Assembly: GCA_032718475.1 (NCBI GenBank)
Contig: JAUCBJ010004334.1
Span: 76,921 to 140,920, forward strand
DNA from: Nemertoderma westbladi
Taxonomy: Eukaryota > Animalia > Xenacoelomorpha
DNA: 64,000 nucleotides
Direction: 5' to 3'
Shown here: positions 60,775 through 64,000 of the stretch, piece after piece
Position numbering within the stretch: position 1 is the stretch's first letter
Layout: each line of letters starts with the position of its first letter
Notes under the pieces: model-generated
Seen by the model: only the letters and a program-made list of their open reading frames with translations
What the model was told of the DNA's origin: nothing
Database searches by the model: none
Program-made: the position numbers and the translations under genes

Positions 60775-60990
60775 TATAACTCTTTTGGCACAACTTTGGA
60801 AGTCAGCAATGACGTACAGGTGGGGTCGAACTGGTGACCTCCGGGTTGGAGGGCGATGCTCTAACCATTCAGCTGGCGGCTCAGGTAAAAGGTAGATCCG
60901 GAAATACTGCCTTTTTGGAGGTCATCAGCTCGATCCCACCTGGACGTCATAGCCGAATTTGCTAAGCTATGCACAACAAATGTTACGAAA
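60775..60990. mobile_element. Head-to-head pair of tRNA-derived (SINE-like) heads
   Basis: Minus strand AGCTGAATGGTTAGAGC (A box) .. AGTTCGACCCC (B box); degenerate inverted copy GGAGGTCATCAGCTCGATCCCACCTGGACGTCAT on the plus strand. Confidence 0.6.
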
Positions 60991-61273
60991 CCATTCATTC
61001 ATCCAAAACACCAATAATAAATTATAAAAATAACTATACTTCAATCATTCATCCGTATTGATGCAGATATGCAGACACTCTTTGTTAGTTGAACCCTTCA
61101 GAAACTTTGCTTCAGATTATCTTTAAAAATGTAAATTAGAAATATTTTTCTAATTTACAGAAAATACATTTAATATAAATATATATCTAATAAATTTCCT
61201 GGAATCGGTTTGTACCAATAATTATCTAAATGATTATAAAAGCAGCGACGGGGGTAATCATTTGCTATTATCA

Positions 61274-63394
61274 TCATGTCCAAACATCTTCCACATACAT
61301 CCGACTAGACTTCAAATTACTAACAAACTCTTCCGCTTCATCTTTGGTCAAACCTTCAACACTTGCCAGCATATCAACCACAGTGTCTCTAACACCCCTG
61401 GACATTCCCTTGGCGTCTCCGCAAACGTAAATACGAGCGCCTTTACGAACAATCAGATCGACCAATTCAACTTGGGCCGACTTCATTGCGTCTTGTACGT
61501 ATCTGTGGGTGGCCGCGCCAGAAACCCGCGAATAACATACGAACAACCGCGATAGAACACCCGTATCCTCGTATCGCAGTAGACGGTCTCTAAATATAAA
61601 GTCTTTATTCGAATCCCGACACCCAAAGAACAACCAGGACTGCGCGAAGTCAACAGGAGGCGCTCGTGATCGGTGTTCCAGGAATCCGAGGAAGGGGGCC
61701 ACACCGGTTCCGGGTCCGACCATAACGAGCGGGACGGAGGCGGAATCGGGGAGACAGAAATCCGTTGATCGTCTACGGAACACGGAGATCCGACGGCCGA
61801 GAGGAAGTCCCGACAACCAACCGGTACAGACGCCGAGTTTACTGCGGGAGGAGAACCCCGACGGGGGGAGCTCGACCACGTTGAAGACGAATTCTAGTTG
61901 GTCAGAACGAACGAGCGGAGAGTTGGATACCGAATAGGGGCGAGCCATCAAGGGAGGGAGGCTCTCCAGGACCGACTCTATGGGAGGTTGGCAACTGGTG
62001 AAGGCGTTTAGGAGGTCCAGAAGCGACGAGTTTAGTACGAGTTTCGAATACTCATCGGCGCCTTCGCGACTGGATAGTTCTAGAAGACGGCGTTTATCAG
62101 TTGCTAGGCTACAATGTTCCGCTAAAAGTCTCACAAACGACTTCTTAGGAGGCCTTCTAATGTCGACGAGCCAAGTTAAGGCGATGCGTAGACTGCAGGG
62201 CTGCGGGAAGGTGTGGCGTCGGCCTTTAGAGTTGGGTTTAACCCGCACTGTGAACGCGAGGTCTGCTGAGTGAACCCAACCCAGACGGGTTAGTAACCCG
62301 TCGACCTCTAGCGGCTCGTTTGGGCATACAACACCGAACGAATCTCCAGGTTCGTAGTCTATAGCGCTGTCAGTTACCATGGTAACTAGCAGAGTTCGTT
62401 TGACCGCATCAACTGAGGTGAGAACCTCCTTACCGGTAAGCGTCGCCCTGGTAACGGGGGACGCGGCCAATGGGAAGGCGCGGTCATCGACCGGGGAATC
62501 AGCCAATGAGAGGAGAGTATCTGTTAACTCTAGTTGAGTAGAGGGTTTACTGTAGGAGGGCAATGTTAGAGAGTCTACCGGGAGGGAGGGAGACAGGAAG
62601 TCTAGACTACAGATACATTCTAAGTAAGATGATAATACTTCAGTAACATCACCAGTAGTTGTGGGCTGCGTTACAATGACGTCACCAGTAGTTGTGGGCT
62701 GCGTTACAATGACGTCACCAGTAGTTGTGGGCTGCGTTACAATGACGTCACCAGTAGTTGTGGGCTGCGTTACAATGACGTCACCAGTTGTTGTGGACTG
62801 CGTTACAATGACGTCACCAGGATTGCCACTGTTTGTGACGTCAGGTACTTGTATTTCATCGCGAAGCAAAACGTTTTCAGTAACGGAGTCCCAAACTGAA
62901 TCCACGGCTTCCTTAAGTCCGTCGACCCAGGGGTCAACGACATCTTCTAAACCAACAGCGTCGTCCGCTAATCCGACTGGGTAGAAAAGCTCAGCGCCCA
63001 GCGCCGACATAAATCTGTTCACTGTCTTTGGGTTGTTATGGAAACTGGAGTAATTGGAATCCCCCAGACCCAACAAAGTATATTTAGTTTGGCGTAGTGG
63101 CGGTTCATTCGAATCTCCCGCCAACTTGGCGGCGGCGACACGTTTCCGTAACCAACGCACGAACTTTATCGCGTTGTCAGGGGGATCGCCGTCTCCCGTC
63201 GATGATGTAACCATGACAACCAAGGATTCCTTAGCAACGTCGTTCGTTACTAAGTAATCGTTCATAGCGAATAGATGGACATCCGGATTCCCATTGGATA
63301 GAATCTCGTAAATCTCTTCCGCTATGGTTTCTGATTGGCCGGTTTGTGATCCGTAAAGAATCACCAACCTTCGATGAGGGTTGTCGGTTGCCAT
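61274..63394 (-). CDS. MTRR: Methionine synthase reductase (diflavin FMN/FAD/NADPH reductase), intronless
   Basis: ILYGSQTGQ, STGDGDPPDNA, LGLGDSNY, ADDAVGLEDVVDPW, RPYS, GVCTGWL, GPGTGVAPF, YVCGDAKGM, EDVWT; long hinge typical of MTRR. Confidence 0.9.
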   Translation of the reverse strand: MATDNPHRRLVILYGSQTGQSETIAEEIYEILSNGNPDVHLFAMNDYLVTNDVAKESLVVMVTSSTGDGDPPDNAIKFVRWLRKRVAAAKLAGDSNEPPLRQTKYTLLGLGDSNYSSFHNNPKTVNRFMSALGAELFYPVGLADDAVGLEDVVDPWVDGLKEAVDSVWDSVTENVLLRDEIQVPDVTNSGNPGDVIVTQSTTTGDVIVTQPTTTGDVIVTQPTTTGDVIVTQPTTTGDVIVTQPTTTGDVTEVLSSYLECICSLDFLSPSLPVDSLTLPSYSKPSTQLELTDTLLSLADSPVDDRAFPLAASPVTRATLTGKEVLTSVDAVKRTLLVTMVTDSAIDYEPGDSFGVVCPNEPLEVDGLLTRLGWVHSADLAFTVRVKPNSKGRRHTFPQPCSLRIALTWLVDIRRPPKKSFVRLLAEHCSLATDKRRLLELSSREGADEYSKLVLNSSLLDLLNAFTSCQPPIESVLESLPPLMARPYSVSNSPLVRSDQLEFVFNVVELPPSGFSSRSKLGVCTGWLSGLPLGRRISVFRRRSTDFCLPDSASVPLVMVGPGTGVAPFLGFLEHRSRAPPVDFAQSWLFFGCRDSNKDFIFRDRLLRYEDTGVLSRLFVCYSRVSGAATHRYVQDAMKSAQVELVDLIVRKGARIYVCGDAKGMSRGVRDTVVDMLASVEGLTKDEAEEFVSNLKSSRMYVEDVWT
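62645..62820 (-). repeat. 33-bp coding repeat (GDVIVTQPTTT) x5 in the MTRR hinge
   Basis: Direct inspection. Confidence 0.92.
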
Positions 63395-63412
63395 AGATAC
63401 TGCGATAATGAT

Positions 63413-63422
63413 GTGACGTCAC
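63413..63422. promoter_or_regulatory. Palindromic CRE/ATF site just upstream of the MTRR ATG
   Basis: GTGACGTCAC; function not shown. Confidence 0.35.
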
Positions 63423-63726
63423 GAAATAATTAAAGTTTTAAATTGAAGTTCATAAAATTTATTTCTGCTAAATTATAATTCCACTGCAGCCAGAATGTAA
63501 TCGAGAAAAGTTGCAAATAATTACTTAAAACGAAAATTATGATAAAATCTAATTCAATAGAATATAGAAATTCAACTCAGCAATGCTAACACGATATTTA
63601 GCTAATGCTAACTTGTAATTTAACTTGTAATTTAACTTGCAATTTAGCCAATCTAACACGATACTTAGCCAATGCTAAAACGCTATTTAGCTAATGCTAA
63701 CACGTAATTTAACTAATGCTAACACG

Positions 63727-63981
63727 TTATTTAGCCAATGCTAACATCGATTTAAGACTATTTAACGACTTATAACCATTAATGATTAAATTATTTACGA
63801 CGACGGGGTCGCCAATATCCTTATTAAGGCGAAACTCCTGGCGAACCCAAGTGGATAACTCGTTACGACGGTCGAGGTCATTGACCTTGTAAACCGTTCT
63901 CATAAACTCACGATATAAACCCAATACTTTCTGCCGCTGCACAAAATATTTCAGACTAAATGAACCAGTAAGTTTCGACAT
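63727..63981 (-). CDS. LYRM2: LYR motif-containing protein 2 (mitochondrial), intronless
   Basis: SLKYFVQRQKVLGLYR, WVRQEFRLNK and MLALAK match my recollection of the LYRM2 pattern along its length. Confidence 0.88.
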   Translation of the reverse strand: MSKLTGSFSLKYFVQRQKVLGLYREFMRTVYKVNDLDRRNELSTWVRQEFRLNKDIGDPVVVNNLIINGYKSLNSLKSMLALAK

Positions 63982-64000
63982 TAATTAATTATAAGTAGTT

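Noticed and set aside
60810-60882. Functional tRNA gene
   Set aside because: A and B boxes are present but no proper acceptor stem; better explained as a tRNA-derived repeat

Overview
AT-rich, repeat-dense eukaryotic (invertebrate-type) genomic DNA; I cannot identify the species. About 53 kb is nested mobile DNA: three copies of one L2-group (Crack/Daphne-like) LINE, two with in-frame internal deletions and one keeping a 5' signal-peptide/2A/PHD head; an apparently intact 6.4-kb RTE-clade LINE with a 12-bp TSD and a candidate 5' HDV-like ribozyme; two decayed two-ORF CR1/L2-like LINEs; CR1, RTEX-like, Penelope and Gypsy fragments; several MITE/HINE-type elements; and a young 13.2-kb RT-deleted BEL/Pao LTR element with a related solo LTR. 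The last 10 kb holds three host genes (FUT10/11-like fucosyltransferase, intronless MTRR, intronless LYRM2) and a 51-bp minisatellite. The best candidate for a novel system is in the BEL/Pao element: an accessory CCHC-finger/NLS ORF preceded by splice signals and structured RNA (a possible Rev/RRE-like export module), a duplicated conserved intron in the leader, and no tRNA PBS but an 11-nt self-complementary site. All family and domain calls are by eye from motifs; no searches or folding programs were run.
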